Shown: positions 26,968 through 36,986, counted from the stretch's first letter. The stretch is DNA of 61,005 nucleotides from a virus (IMGVR_UViG_3300046796_000499:1-61005); one strand, 5' to 3'. A program made the numbers and translations. The notes: generated from the sequence alone by a model not told the origin.

Positions 26968-27458
26968 GGATCGGGCTTTGCCCCCATCTTGCCGAGCAGC
27001 TCCGCCATCGCCGCCTGCCCCTCGGTCCCCGGCGTGCTCCACTCCTCCTGGGCTACCTCGAGCGCGGTCCGTTCGAAGTCCTCCCGGCTCACCCCTTGGT
27101 CGTGAGCCATCCCCGCACAGAACACGAGCAGCAGATCCCGCCAGACCTCTTTCGGCACCCGGCTGATCGAGGCTTTCTGGATCGTCTCCAGCATCTCGAA
27201 ACACGCAATCTTGTAGGCGTCCGGCACGCTCGGGATCGCCTCCCCCATCACCCGCGGTAGCATCTTGGCGCGCTGGCCCACCACCGAGTCGAGCAGCAGC
27301 CGCTGGCCCTCGCCCCGCTCCAGGGAGGAGGCGTAGGCCGTCTCGGTGTGGGGCCCGGCGGGCTTGGTCAGGATCACCACGAACGCCTCGCGCTCGCCCT
27401 GCTGCAGCGTCGCCAGAAAATCTGCCGCCGCCCGGATCTTGGCCTTGGTTTCCATCAT
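26964..27458 (-). CDS. Hypothetical protein
   Basis: ATGA overlap, GGAGG RBS. Confidence 0.6.
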   Translation of the reverse strand: MMETKAKIRAAADFLATLQQGEREAFVVILTKPAGPHTETAYASSLERGEGQRLLLDSVVGQRAKMLPRVMGEAIPSVPDAYKIACFEMLETIQKASISRVPKEVWRDLLLVFCAGMAHDQGVSREDFERTALEVAQEEWSTPGTEGQAAMAELLGKMGAKPDP

Positions 27459-28213
27459 TCCTCCCCGAGCAGGAGCCGCGCGTAGAACTCCTGCCACTCG
27501 TGATCCAGAGGCGCGCCGATGCCCACCGTGCCCTGAGGCACGTACAGGTGCGCCGGGGTTCGGGTCTCATCCCACACCCAGAGCTGACCCTCCAGCTCCC
27601 CCGTGCGCGCCCCCACTCGCTGCGCTTCTACAGCGAGGCTGAGCGGGTCCAGAGCCAGCACGCACTCCCTCGCCTTCACCGGCTCGCGCTGGATGCGCTG
27701 GACCGCCGTGGCGGGGTCCACCGTGACCCGCTCGTTCGCGTACAGGTTCAAATTAGCTTTGCCCGAGCGCTGCAGCGGCCCGAGCTCCACCCGTTGCAGC
27801 CAGAGCGCCTGGTTCCCCGGCAGGAGCGAGGTCTGCGCCAGCACCGCCCGGACCAGCGCGAGCGGGGCCTGCAGATCGGTTTGCCCCGGAGTCTGGGGCA
27901 TCGGCATCAGGGTGTAGTCCGAGACCGCCCACGTCCCGCGGTGGGGCCCGTCCAGATGGAACCACACCTGGCCCCAGTCGTTCGCCCCCACCGTGTCGAG
28001 GAACTGCTGCTGGGTGACGCGCAGGCGCTTGATCTTGGGCTGGGTCAGCTGGAGGTTTCCGTTTTCATCCATCACCATGTCCCCGGCAAACTGCTGCAGC
28101 GTGGGCACCGCGCGCTGCTTGGCTGCGCCCTGCTTGGCTGCTCGCTCGATCTCGGCCAGGAACGCTTTGCGCTTGGCGGCCACATCTCCCGCAATCGTGC
28201 GCCGATCGCTCAC
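27455..28213 (-). CDS. Hypothetical protein
   Basis: GTGA overlap with the MTase stop; globular part of the 27455..28753 ORF. Confidence 0.6.
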   Translation of the reverse strand: MSDRRTIAGDVAAKRKAFLAEIERAAKQGAAKQRAVPTLQQFAGDMVMDENGNLQLTQPKIKRLRVTQQQFLDTVGANDWGQVWFHLDGPHRGTWAVSDYTLMPMPQTPGQTDLQAPLALVRAVLAQTSLLPGNQALWLQRVELGPLQRSGKANLNLYANERVTVDPATAVQRIQREPVKARECVLALDPLSLAVEAQRVGARTGELEGQLWVWDETRTPAHLYVPQGTVGIGAPLDHEWQEFYARLLLGEE

Positions 28214-28830
28214 GTCCAGTACTCCACCGCCACCAGATCCGCCTCCCCCGCCGCGCGCGGGGTTTCCCGCCGGACCAGCTCGAGCACCACGTAATCGCTC
28301 ATGGGGGACTCGTTCCTGTCCCCCGGGCCTCCAAAGGGCGGAGGCCGGTTCACCAGCACCGCCTTGCGCACCACCCGCACGTACTGCATGCAGGAGAGCC
28401 AGCGGCCGGCGGTGTGCTCGAAATTGGTCCGCACCAGCGCCACCGTGCGCCGCGCCTGCCGGGTGGCGTGCGCCACGTGTCGCCCGTCCGCGCCATCGCT
28501 GAAAGGCGGGTTCATCAGCGCCAGATCGAACCCGGCCGATGGCTTGTTGCGCCACTCCAGGAAATCCGCCTGATGCACTTGCAAGCTCGCCCCCGCTCCG
28601 CGCTCGCCGATCTGTGCCCGCAACAGGGCCGCCTGCTCGGGGTGCACCTCCACCGCCACCACGTGGGCGCCGCGCTGCCGGGCTTCCCTCACCAGCGCAC
28701 CGCTGCCCGCGCTCGGCTCGAGCACGAACATCCCCGGTTCGATGCGAGCCCACTGCGCAATCCGCGCCGCGAGCTTGGCCGCGGTGAAGTACCGATCCCA
28801 GGGATCGCGATCGGGGCTGCGCTTGCTCAT
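28210..28830 (-). CDS. Orphan N6-adenine DNA methyltransferase (gamma-type motif order)
   Basis: SAM motif LEPSAGSG followed by catalytic NPPF. Confidence 0.8.
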   Translation of the reverse strand: MSKRSPDRDPWDRYFTAAKLAARIAQWARIEPGMFVLEPSAGSGALVREARQRGAHVVAVEVHPEQAALLRAQIGERGAGASLQVHQADFLEWRNKPSAGFDLALMNPPFSDGADGRHVAHATRQARRTVALVRTNFEHTAGRWLSCMQYVRVVRKAVLVNRPPPFGGPGDRNESPMSDYVVLELVRRETPRAAGEADLVAVEYWT

Positions 28831-29111
28831 CCGTTGGGGTCCGGTGGGCTGCGGTCGAAATGGTAGGTCCAGGTTTTCGTGCCGAGGTGGACCGGGTCCC
28901 GCACGAACCCCAGCGCCTCGAGGCCGATGGGGTGCCAGCCGTCCTCGGTCACCGTGAAGGCTGCCGCGCTCCAGTCGAACCGCTGCAGGTGCGCCAGCCG
29001 CGCCCGCAGCTCTGCCCAGGGCCAGGAGGTCGCCTGCCTCACCAGAGGCGAAACCTGCCGCCCGTCCTCGTAGAGCGTGCCGTCCACGCCCTCCTCGCGC
29101 CGCCCGCTCAC
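28827..29111 (-). CDS. Hypothetical protein
   Basis: Coupled to its neighbours at both ends by 4-nt overlaps. Confidence 0.5.
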   Translation of the reverse strand: MSGRREEGVDGTLYEDGRQVSPLVRQATSWPWAELRARLAHLQRFDWSAAAFTVTEDGWHPIGLEALGFVRDPVHLGTKTWTYHFDRSPPDPNG

Positions 29112-29752
29112 GACTGGCGGGCCCAAGTGAAGGTTGCCCCGAACTGCTGGGGGCTCACCAGCTCCCGCAGCTCCGTGAGAAGGACGGCATTTGCCAGGCA
29201 CTTGCCCGTCTGATGGGGGAACCCGTCCAGGTCGACGTACTTGCGCCGCAAGGCCTCCCAGCTGGAATTGGCAATCTTGGCCAGCTCGTTTCTCGTGATC
29301 TCGGCCGGCGCGCCCTGCCGGATCATCTCCGCCGCGCGCGTGGTCGCCACCACCGCCGAGAGCGCCCAGGTTTGCCAGTCGGTCTCCCGAGACGGCTTGC
29401 CCGCGATGCTCCGCAGCCACTCGTTGCGGTGGGTTTCGGTGCGCTGCAGCACCCCGGGCCAGAGCTCGGTGTCCACGCCGTACACCACGAGCTGAGCCGC
29501 GCTCAAGGCCTCGAGCGGCACCCCGCCGATGAACCGCACCACCTTTCGGGCCATCGTGGTGAACACCACCAAGACGAACCTGGGATCGGGAATGAGCTGC
29601 AGCACGATGGATGCCGCCACGTCCGAGCGATTGATCCACTCCCAGACCTGGTTGGTGTCGTGACCCACCGGTGGCCGGATCCGCTCGCTCTCCCAGAATC
29701 CGCGCACGAATGCCCCGAGGCCCTGCTCCCGATAAATGCTCACCCACTGCAT
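29108..29752 (-). CDS. Hypothetical protein
   Basis: 214 aa; hairpin-GAAAG leader. Confidence 0.65.
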   Translation of the reverse strand: MQWVSIYREQGLGAFVRGFWESERIRPPVGHDTNQVWEWINRSDVAASIVLQLIPDPRFVLVVFTTMARKVVRFIGGVPLEALSAAQLVVYGVDTELWPGVLQRTETHRNEWLRSIAGKPSRETDWQTWALSAVVATTRAAEMIRQGAPAEITRNELAKIANSSWEALRRKYVDLDGFPHQTGKCLANAVLLTELRELVSPQQFGATFTWARQS

Positions 29753-29963
29753 GATGTCTGTCCCTTTCAGGGGGCCACTGTGCCCCAGTTACTCCCCAGC
29801 CTGACGGGGGATTCTCTGCTTGTCAATTCGGCCCAGGCTCGCCACCCCGCCAGTCGCCCGAGGGGGTCTGTGTCTCGCTGCATTCGAGTGACCCCAGCAT
29901 CCATTTGCAGGGAGCCGCGACGCGAGCCGTCGGAGGGGTGGCGAACCTGGGCCGATTTGGGAT

Positions 29964-30311
29964 CTATCGTTTGAAGTTGAGCCGCTCCATGGTTTGGCTT
30001 GCCAGAGGCAGCTCCATGGCGATCCCCTCGTCGGTGGCTTTCATCCCTGGGAAAACCCCCTCATACATGGAGCTCAGCACCATAGCCTCGAATGCCACTT
30101 GCTGCTCGAATTCGGTACGGGAAAAGGCTCCCTTATCGATCAGCAGATTCACCAGCCCCGAGAGCTCCGCCCGCATCACCAGGGTGGAGTCCCGATGGTC
30201 CCGGAGCGCCGCGCACTCGGGATCGCGAGTCGGACGCGTGCCGAGCTGCCAGCCCGCCAGCACCGTCCGCCACTTGCACAATCGATTGAGCGCCTTTCGA
30301 TATTCCATCAT
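29964..30311 (-). CDS. Hypothetical phage protein
   Basis: LNRLCKWRTVLAGWQLGTR; ATGA overlap. Confidence 0.6.
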   Translation of the reverse strand: MMEYRKALNRLCKWRTVLAGWQLGTRPTRDPECAALRDHRDSTLVMRAELSGLVNLLIDKGAFSRTEFEQQVAFEAMVLSSMYEGVFPGMKATDEGIAMELPLASQTMERLNFKR

Positions 30312-30541
30312 TTTCTCCGGTGCTGAGCCGCATTGGGGCAGCTGGCAAAATGCGACTTGTAGGCGCCGAGCACCTGCCAAACGCCATCGATGTATACCAC
30401 CCGGCTCTCGCGCCCGCGGTCGATCGGCATCTTGCCACCGGTGCTCATCGTCACCCAGTAGATGAGCGCGCCGCAGCTCGAGCACGTCCCGTCGTCCCGG
30501 GCAGCTTTCTCGGCCTCGGTATTCTGCCCGAGACGCACCAT
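30308..30541 (-). CDS. Small Zn-finger protein
   Basis: CSSCGALIYW...MPID...HFASCP. Confidence 0.65.
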   Translation of the reverse strand: MVRLGQNTEAEKAARDDGTCSSCGALIYWVTMSTGGKMPIDRGRESRVVYIDGVWQVLGAYKSHFASCPNAAQHRRK

Positions 30542-30542
30542 T

Positions 30543-30782
30543 TCAGCCGCCCTCCGGTCGGGTCGTCACCATCACCACCTTGGTGCCCACGATGCGCAGC
30601 CCGAGCAAGGCCCCCGAGCGGATCCGGCGGGTGTCGGCCACCCAGCGATTGACCTCCTCGATGGCCTCGCGCCCCGCCTGGTCGTGGACCTGGGCGACGG
30701 TGCAGTCGTCGCCCCAGGTCCCCCGCTCGATCTCGATCGTCACCTGCACCCGGGCCGTCGCCACTACGCCTCGATCACCCAC
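30543..30782 (-). CDS. Hypothetical protein
   Basis: Small ORF in a packed operon. Confidence 0.5.
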   Translation of the reverse strand: MGDRGVVATARVQVTIEIERGTWGDDCTVAQVHDQAGREAIEEVNRWVADTRRIRSGALLGLRIVGTKVVMVTTRPEGG

Positions 30783-31830
30783 CGCGGCGTTCCTGCTCGT
30801 TCAGGCGCCGGGCCTCGGCCTCGAGCGCTGCGGCTGGCTCCGCTCCCGTTGCATGGACCACCGCAATTATACGAGGTAACGCCCGCGCTTTCTCGCGCGC
30901 GATTGCCTCCTGCCCGGAGAGCTCCAGCGGGTCGCACTCGCGCTCGGCCTCCTCCTCCACCGTCTCGTCCTCGGGGTCCTCGTCCCCGTCGATGAACAGC
31001 GGCACCGGGCCCGTGCCGTTGGTGCTCGGGGCTTGCGCCGGATCGGGCTCGTCCAGCTTGGTAAGGCAGACTGGGCAGTTGACCTTGCTGGGGTCGTCGG
31101 TCGAGCCCTGATCTGCCCAGAGCGGCTCACCGCAGAGCAGCGCGCCCACCCGGCTGAAATGCATCACCGTGGCCGGCGCCTTGCTTCGCAAATCACTCCA
31201 GGCTTTCGCCTCGGCTTCCGTCAGCACCTGGCGCCCGGATTGCCCGCTGCCCGAGCGCCAATGCAGCACCGTCTGTGCCGTCTCAGGAATGTCTGTTCCC
31301 ACCCCCTCGGCCTGATCCCGCTGGTCCAGCCGATCGAATATCCGCTCCGCCTCGGGCCCCATCGGCATCCCTTTCAGCTCATAGTAGCGCCGCACCTGCC
31401 GGCGCTCCTCGGCCGTGAACGCCTCGGGCGCCACCCAGCTGAGCCGGGCCATCAGCGGTTTGAGCTCCTCGAGGTCGGCCAGGACTTTCGCATCCGCCTT
31501 GGCCTTGGCATCGAGCTCCGCCATCCGATCGGGGCTCACCCTGCCGCCCGCGTCGCGCATATCGCGCCAGCGGTGGGCTCCGGCCTTGATGGCGTCCGCC
31601 GCCGCCGCCAGGCCCTCGCGCCGCGCCGGCGTGGGGGTCTCCTTGGCCTCCGCCAAGAGGAACGCCACCACCGCCTCGTGTTCCTGCTGCCGGGCACTGG
31701 CGGGCCCGAGCGGAGGGGTGAGCCGCTCGGTCTCGGCCTCCTGGGCCGCCAGGATGAGCTCGCGCCCGAGCTCGGTGAGCACCCGCCCCACGCTCCGCGC
31801 CAGCGCCCACATCCGATCTTCTCTGTTCAT
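30775..31830 (-). CDS. Hypothetical multi-domain protein with H/C...CxxC motif
   Basis: Start at ATG 31830 (ATGA overlap, GGAGG RBS); VMHF..LLCG...VNCPVC. Confidence 0.6.
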   Translation of the reverse strand: MNREDRMWALARSVGRVLTELGRELILAAQEAETERLTPPLGPASARQQEHEAVVAFLLAEAKETPTPARREGLAAAADAIKAGAHRWRDMRDAGGRVSPDRMAELDAKAKADAKVLADLEELKPLMARLSWVAPEAFTAEERRQVRRYYELKGMPMGPEAERIFDRLDQRDQAEGVGTDIPETAQTVLHWRSGSGQSGRQVLTEAEAKAWSDLRSKAPATVMHFSRVGALLCGEPLWADQGSTDDPSKVNCPVCLTKLDEPDPAQAPSTNGTGPVPLFIDGDEDPEDETVEEEAERECDPLELSGQEAIAREKARALPRIIAVVHATGAEPAAALEAEARRLNEQERRGG

Positions 31831-32009
31831 GCTCCGCCCTCCTGCTCGGGTTCGTTCGGCTCGGTCAGGACCAGGCTGTAACGCTGGGTCCTCGAAATCC
31901 GCACCGGCACCGGCATCGCCAGATAGCCGAGCGCCACCTCCCACACGTCCACGCGGGGCAGTGGCAAGGGAACCCAGAGCGGGTTGCGCTCGCGCAATAC
32001 TTGGCTCAC
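31827..32009 (-). CDS. Hypothetical protein
   Basis: GTGA-coupled. Confidence 0.4.
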   Translation of the reverse strand: MSQVLRERNPLWVPLPLPRVDVWEVALGYLAMPVPVRISRTQRYSLVLTEPNEPEQEGGA

Positions 32010-32332
32010 TTGGCACACCGCTTGCGCCAGTTGTCCTCCGCGATCGCCGCCAGGCCCAGGGCCATGTATTCCCCACCCCGCTCCGCCGCCTCCACCAGCC
32101 GAGCGTCCCGGTGCAACTGGTTGCGCCAGTCGGCCGCGCGCGCTTTCTCGCCGCCGTTGAGGATGGCCTCCACCCGCCGCGAGCACCCCGCCACCTCTGC
32201 CGGCGCCTCGTCCACGAGCGGCTCGGGCTCGGGCACCACTTCCCGCATCGCCTCGGGCACCCAGCGGTCCAGCAGGCGCCGAGCAATCAGCGTGTTGTAG
32301 GTGGGCCGCCGACCTTGCGTTGACTCGAACAT
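32006..32332 (-). CDS. Hypothetical protein
   Basis: Preceded by a CAACTGGCCC hairpin-GAAAG leader. Confidence 0.6.
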   Translation of the reverse strand: MFESTQGRRPTYNTLIARRLLDRWVPEAMREVVPEPEPLVDEAPAEVAGCSRRVEAILNGGEKARAADWRNQLHRDARLVEAAERGGEYMALGLAAIAEDNWRKRCAK

Positions 32333-32386
32333 TCCCCGTCTCCCTTTCAGGGCCCCTCGTGGGCCAGTTGCTAGCGGGAACGGCAG

Positions 32387-32896
32387 CTAATCATTTTTCT
32401 GGAGCTCCAGCCAGAGCCAGGGGGGGATTTTTAACTCGAGCTGCCGGGCCACTTCCGGAGTCGGGCGCCAAAACCGGTGAGTCCCGGAACAGGGCAGAAA
32501 CGGGATTGGCTCCACCGCGCCGAGCTGGTAGCCGAACTGCTCCACCATCCGCCAGCGCGCCAGCGGCCACTCCTTGCCGAGCTTCGGGAGCACCCCGTCC
32601 AGCCGCGCCGCCCCCACGATGCCCCCGTAATCGAGATCTGTTCGGGAGGGGAGCACCGGCGGGGGTTCGTCGCCGGCCATGCTCTCGAGGAACATCTGGC
32701 ACCCGGCATAATCCTGCTTGGTGCTGTTGGCCGAGGCGTGCACCAGAAACCAGCCCCGGAGCTTGGTTTTCCAGACCCGGTTCTCGATGGCCTTGATTTG
32801 GTCCGCCTCCCAGAGCGCCGCGCGCTCGAGCGGGTCGGTCACATCGGGGCGCACCACGAGCCAGGCCCAGGGCTGCCGGAGGCTGAGCACCCTCAC
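32387..32896 (-). CDS. ASCH domain protein
   Basis: LSLRQPWAWLV...KAIENRVWKTKLRGWFLVHAS...GGIVG. Confidence 0.85.
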   Translation of the reverse strand: MRVLSLRQPWAWLVVRPDVTDPLERAALWEADQIKAIENRVWKTKLRGWFLVHASANSTKQDYAGCQMFLESMAGDEPPPVLPSRTDLDYGGIVGAARLDGVLPKLGKEWPLARWRMVEQFGYQLGAVEPIPFLPCSGTHRFWRPTPEVARQLELKIPPWLWLELQKND

Positions 32897-33105
32897 GCTC
32901 GGTCCTTGCGGGCCCGCAGCTCCACCGGCTTGCCCTGCTCCCACACCACCGTGCCCACCTCCCAGCCGTGCCCGTCGTGGCGGATGTAGTCCCCCTGCCT
33001 CGGTACTGCCTCGAGCTCGATGAACGCGAACTGCCAGGGGCTCTCGCCCGGAGGGGGCCAGGGCTCTCCCTGCTCGGGCAGCCACATCAGTCTACAGGCC
33101 ACCAT
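32893..33105 (-). CDS. Hypothetical protein
   Basis: Small ORF, VPRQGDYI motif. Confidence 0.45.
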   Translation of the reverse strand: MVACRLMWLPEQGEPWPPPGESPWQFAFIELEAVPRQGDYIRHDGHGWEVGTVVWEQGKPVELRARKDRA

Positions 33106-33301
33106 CGGAGCTCCCGGGTCGGTTGGCCTCACTCGAAAACTGGCTTTCAGCGGTGGCCTGTAAATCGAGCGCCGCGAGAAAGCCCGCCACGAATGTTTGC
33201 CGCCTCGTCTTGTAGACGCGCTGCTTGTCCGCCTTGCGCCACTCGATCCAGGCTGCGGCCGCACGCTCCTCGGGGCTGGAGGGTCGGGAACAGGGAGGCA
33301 T
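33092..33301 (-). CDS. Hypothetical protein
   Basis: TGATG-coupled. Confidence 0.4.
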   Translation of the reverse strand: MPPCSRPSSPEERAAAAWIEWRKADKQRVYKTRRQTFVAGFLAALDLQATAESQFSSEANRPGSSDGGL

Positions 33302-33807
33302 CAGCCCCGCCCGAGCTGCCGGGGGGCAGCGTCGAAGTCTGGTAGCAGCCCCACCATCTGGCCCGTTTCGTACATGGCTTCCACTGCGGGCTCGATGGCC
33401 TCACCCAGCAGCTTGCCGTTCGGTAGCACGATGTTGGCGAGGAACTCCCGCTCCACCGTCACGATCCCGGAGCGCACCGCTTCCAGCTTGCCCTTGATGA
33501 TCAGTAGCAGCGCCCGCCAGTTCTCTCTTTCGTACTGCTCGGGAGCGATGGGGCGGCCCACCTTGCCCTCGCGGCTGTAGGGTTGGAGGGTGAAGCGGAT
33601 TTGCCGGTGTGCCATGGTGAAGGCCACGAATCCCCCTTGCACTCCGAAGTCCGAGCCGCTTAGGGCCTGGGTCGCTCCGTGCCGCCGGACCAGGTCCTCG
33701 ATCTCCTGGCGTGTCTTGCTCACCGGAATGTCAGTTCCCTGGGCGAACCGCTGGGGCATTCCCTGCTTGGGCTTGGCGGGCTTTTTCTGCTGATTGGGTT
33801 CGGTCAC
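33301..33807 (-). CDS. Hypothetical phage protein
   Basis: FAQGTDIPVSKTRQEIEDLV...WRALLLIIKGKLEAVRSGI...EFL. Confidence 0.7.
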   Translation of the reverse strand: MTEPNQQKKPAKPKQGMPQRFAQGTDIPVSKTRQEIEDLVRRHGATQALSGSDFGVQGGFVAFTMAHRQIRFTLQPYSREGKVGRPIAPEQYERENWRALLLIIKGKLEAVRSGIVTVEREFLANIVLPNGKLLGEAIEPAVEAMYETGQMVGLLPDFDAAPRQLGRG

Positions 33808-34274
33808 TTGTCGTACTCCCGCAGCTCGCGATCGTCCCATCCGTCTCCGGCGAGCAGGCGGAATACCGCGCGCCCGATCCGGCTCACGCCACCACCCCAG
33901 CGGATCTCGGTCTCCTGCATCCAGCGCTCCGCACCGAGAGCGTCCGTCTCTCGGTGCTCGATGAGCAGTTGGCCGTTTAGGTACTGCGCGCTCCCTGATT
34001 GTTTGCGCGCGGGAGCCACCAGCCGCAGCTTGCCCACCTGCCGGAGGATCCGGGGGTCAAGGCCGGGGGATGCCAGTGTAGCCCCAGGGATCGGCCTCTG
34101 TTGGGGCGGGAGCGTGATCTCCTGGACCAGCGCCAGCGCCTCCCGGCTCAGCTCCAGCGCTTTCTCCCTCCCCTCGTAGTCCGGCAGCTCGCTCCCCATC
34201 TCGTCCGCCAAGAACTCCAGCCGCTGGAGCGCCACCACCAGCCGGGCCCGTACCTCCTCCGTGATCTGCCACAT
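33804..34274 (-). CDS. Hypothetical protein
   Basis: Hairpin-GAAAG leader before ATG 34274. Confidence 0.55.
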   Translation of the reverse strand: MWQITEEVRARLVVALQRLEFLADEMGSELPDYEGREKALELSREALALVQEITLPPQQRPIPGATLASPGLDPRILRQVGKLRLVAPARKQSGSAQYLNGQLLIEHRETDALGAERWMQETEIRWGGGVSRIGRAVFRLLAGDGWDDRELREYDK

Positions 34275-34472
34275 CGCTTTTCCCTTTCTCGGGGCCATCG
34301 CTGCCCCACATCGTTCGGATCTCGGCCAGGTATACCTCGCGCGCCACCCCGAGGCGCTGGGCGATCGTCACCGCCATCACCCCGAATATCGCCACCAGGT
34401 CCTGGGCGCTCGGGGGCGGGTCGAGCGCCGCGTGCCAGTCCCGCAGCGCCCGCAGCACCCGCGCCCGGTCGC

Positions 34473-35177
34473 TCACGCCGCGCCCCCGAGCGGGTCTGGC
34501 GCGGGTCCCTTGCGGGCCTGGGCTAGATACACCTCTGCCGCCAGGTCCGCGAACAGAGGCTCGCCGCATCCCACCTCGATGGCGTAGCGGGCCGCGTAGT
34601 TCAAAAGCAGGTTGCACCACTCCCGGGGCAACATCTGGTTGTGCGGCTCGGTGAGGAACTCCGCCAGGCGCTTGCTGATGGCCACCCCGCGCCCGCCGAT
34701 CGTGCCGTCGGGCAGCTCCACCAGGCTCGGCATCGGGATCACCGTCCCGGGGGGTTGGGGCGTCGGAGCGTAGCCGTTTTTGAGCGCGTAGTTTACGCAC
34801 GCCTCGAGCGGGAACACTCCCTCGCCGCGCGCCTTGCCCTCCGGATCCATCTCGTGGCGGACCACGAAAATCATCTGGTGGACGGTGGTCGGCCCCGGCA
34901 CGTGGTTCAATTCGAACCCCATCTCCCGGATGAACCCGAGCAGCCGTTCCTTCGGCTCCCAGAGCTCGTAGAGCCGGGCCATCTCCTCCAGGTTGATCGC
35001 CCCGAGCACCCCGGCCTCGAGCAGGATGCGCCAGAGGTGGAAAGAGTCCCCGTGCGGCCAGACCCGCACGATCTCCCGCCCCTCGCGGATCTCCCCCACC
35101 ACCGGGCCCAGATCCCCATCGGCTATCTCGAGCGGCAGCAACTCGCGCGGCGCCCCCGTCATGCACCAGACCCGCAT
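34473..35177 (-). CDS. Hypothetical protein
   Basis: 234 aa with globular composition; GGAGG RBS. Confidence 0.65.
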   Translation of the reverse strand: MRVWCMTGAPRELLPLEIADGDLGPVVGEIREGREIVRVWPHGDSFHLWRILLEAGVLGAINLEEMARLYELWEPKERLLGFIREMGFELNHVPGPTTVHQMIFVVRHEMDPEGKARGEGVFPLEACVNYALKNGYAPTPQPPGTVIPMPSLVELPDGTIGGRGVAISKRLAEFLTEPHNQMLPREWCNLLLNYAARYAIEVGCGEPLFADLAAEVYLAQARKGPAPDPLGGAA

Positions 35178-35180
35178 CGT

Positions 35181-35567
35181 TTATCCCTCCGCTTCGCCCA
35201 GCAGATCGTCGTTGCTCGGGTAGCAGTTGGCCACTGCCCGCGCGCGCTCGATGGCCTCCACCAGGGCTCCGGGTTGCCCCGAGTCCGCCGCCTCCACCAC
35301 GTCGCGCAAGGCGCCGAGCGGGAGCGGTAGCCCCTGGATCGCGGCTCGGTGGTAGCGGAGCGCCGCCATCCCCGCCGCCAGCGCGCGCTTTTCTTTCGCG
35401 TAGTGCACCAGCACCGCGGGGGTCTCCACCTGGTCCACCAGCGCCCCGGCGCGATAGCGGAACATTCGCTCGAATACCACAATGTGGGCTTGGACCTTGG
35501 GCAAGATCGGCGCGCCCTGCTCATCGTAGCGGATCGGTCGTTCGTGCTTGGGATCGGGTCGTTGCAT
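35181..35567 (-). CDS. Hypothetical protein
   Basis: Start at ATG 35567 after GAAAAG. Confidence 0.55.
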   Translation of the reverse strand: MQRPDPKHERPIRYDEQGAPILPKVQAHIVVFERMFRYRAGALVDQVETPAVLVHYAKEKRALAAGMAALRYHRAAIQGLPLPLGALRDVVEAADSGQPGALVEAIERARAVANCYPSNDDLLGEAEG

Positions 35568-35578
35568 GGGGTTTCTTT

Positions 35579-36055
35579 TCAGTGCAGCTCGGCCAATGGA
35601 TCTCTCGGGAGGTCGCTCGCCTTGGCCTGTTTGGGCGCCTCCTCCGGCCAGTGGCCGTGCTGATCGTAAAATTCGAGGTCGCCGTCCGAGCGGCTCTCCT
35701 CCTCGTTCTGGCCGAGGGTGCCGAGGCCCTCCACCTTGATCGGCGAATTGAGACCGAACAAGTCTTTCAGCTCCTTGGCGATGCGCGCGCACACCCCGTA
35801 TTGCCGGGCCGTGAGCGCCTTGCGGTACAGCGCCTCGAGCGTGAGCTCCATCTTGCCCCGCCGCGTCGACCGATCCACCTGCTCGGCTTCCGATAGGAGC
35901 TTCCACGCCTCGTTGTAGACTCGGCGCGCCGCCTGCTCGGTCACCTTGAACCGCTTGGCCATCTCCTTCACCACCACGTGCTCGGGGCGGAGCTCGGCAA
36001 TGCCGTCCTCGGCCATGTAGCGTGCCTCGAGCCGGAGCGCCTTGGTGAGCTTCAC
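35579..36055 (-). CDS. Probable terminase small subunit
   Basis: N-terminal HTH-like segment, helical core, IAKELKDLFGLNSPIKVE and an SDGDLE tail typical of TerS. Confidence 0.6.
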   Translation of the reverse strand: MKLTKALRLEARYMAEDGIAELRPEHVVVKEMAKRFKVTEQAARRVYNEAWKLLSEAEQVDRSTRRGKMELTLEALYRKALTARQYGVCARIAKELKDLFGLNSPIKVEGLGTLGQNEEESRSDGDLEFYDQHGHWPEEAPKQAKASDLPRDPLAELH

Positions 36056-36372
36056 CGGTTCGCCTCGAATCGCACCTGCTCGGCCAGACCGAGCACCACC
36101 GCATTTCTCAACTGGACCGCGATCGCCTTCCAGAGCTCGGCATTCGTGCGATCCCGGCTCCAGTCGCCGATCGTGCCTTTCTGATGGAGCTGGCCGTGGT
36201 GGGGCGGGCAGAGCGCCACGGTGTGCAGGTCGCACGTTTTGATCCCCATACCACCGCCGCCTGCCTTTCGGCCGTGGTGGTGGGCATGCGTGCCCTCGGT
36301 TGCCCCGCAAATGCAGCAGCCGAGCGAACGCACCCAAGCGAGGTAGCGTTCCGAACGCAGCGGTGTCGTCAC
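36052..36372 (-). CDS. DUF968-like HNH-fold protein
   Basis: RSERYLAWVRSLGCCICG...AHH...GMGIKTCD..TVALCPPHHGQLH. Confidence 0.75.
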   Translation of the reverse strand: MTTPLRSERYLAWVRSLGCCICGATEGTHAHHHGRKAGGGGMGIKTCDLHTVALCPPHHGQLHQKGTIGDWSRDRTNAELWKAIAVQLRNAVVLGLAEQVRFEANR

Positions 36373-36986
36373 GGCCCTTGACCTGGGCGCTCGCGCGGAT
36401 CGGGCTGGTCCTCCTCGGGATCGCGCGCCAGAGCGCCATGGTGCTGGCGATCGGCCAGGCTTCCCTTTTCCACCCGCGTCCGCTTCTTTCGTGCCTTGGC
36501 CGCCTTGGGGGCAGGCTCCGCGCGGAACTCGAACAGCACGCTCGGCTGGTCCGGGACCTCGGGCAGCACCATCCCCGCGATGGGATGCGCGTGGGCGTGG
36601 ACCGCGCGCACCCACTGGCTCACCGCGAGCAGGTCCGCCTCGGGCCAGGCCTTGATCTCCGCCAGCGTCGGCACCGGTCCCGGCAGCTCCTTGGCGTGGT
36701 TTTTCAGGTCGTGGATGAGCGCCTGGGGCTCGATGGCGATCGGCTTGAAGGTCTCGCTCACCGGGTCGTATCGCTCTGGCCCCCGCTGTGGCTCGACTTT
36801 CCCCCCCTCCCAGATCCGCACGATCACCCCGCCATTGTCCGCCTTTTCCACGTTGCAGCGCTTCACCACCTCGAGCACGTCCGGCGGCAGAAAGCGCCGC
36901 TGGGCCGCGCCCGTAAGCACGCTCTCGATGAACTGCCGCTCGGTCAGAATGTAGACGCGATCGGCCTCGCTCTCGGGCTCGCTCAT
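36369..36986 (-). CDS. Hypothetical protein
   Basis: 205 aa; GAAAG leader. Confidence 0.6.
   Translation of the reverse strand: MSEPESEADRVYILTERQFIESVLTGAAQRRFLPPDVLEVVKRCNVEKADNGGVIVRIWEGGKVEPQRGPERYDPVSETFKPIAIEPQALIHDLKNHAKELPGPVPTLAEIKAWPEADLLAVSQWVRAVHAHAHPIAGMVLPEVPDQPSVLFEFRAEPAPKAAKARKKRTRVEKGSLADRQHHGALARDPEEDQPDPRERPGQGP

Noticed and set aside
34057-34476. Possible gene starting VSDRARVLRAL at 34476
   Set aside because: The start is coupled, but the frame runs more than 200 nt into the next gene; cannot be supported without homologs.
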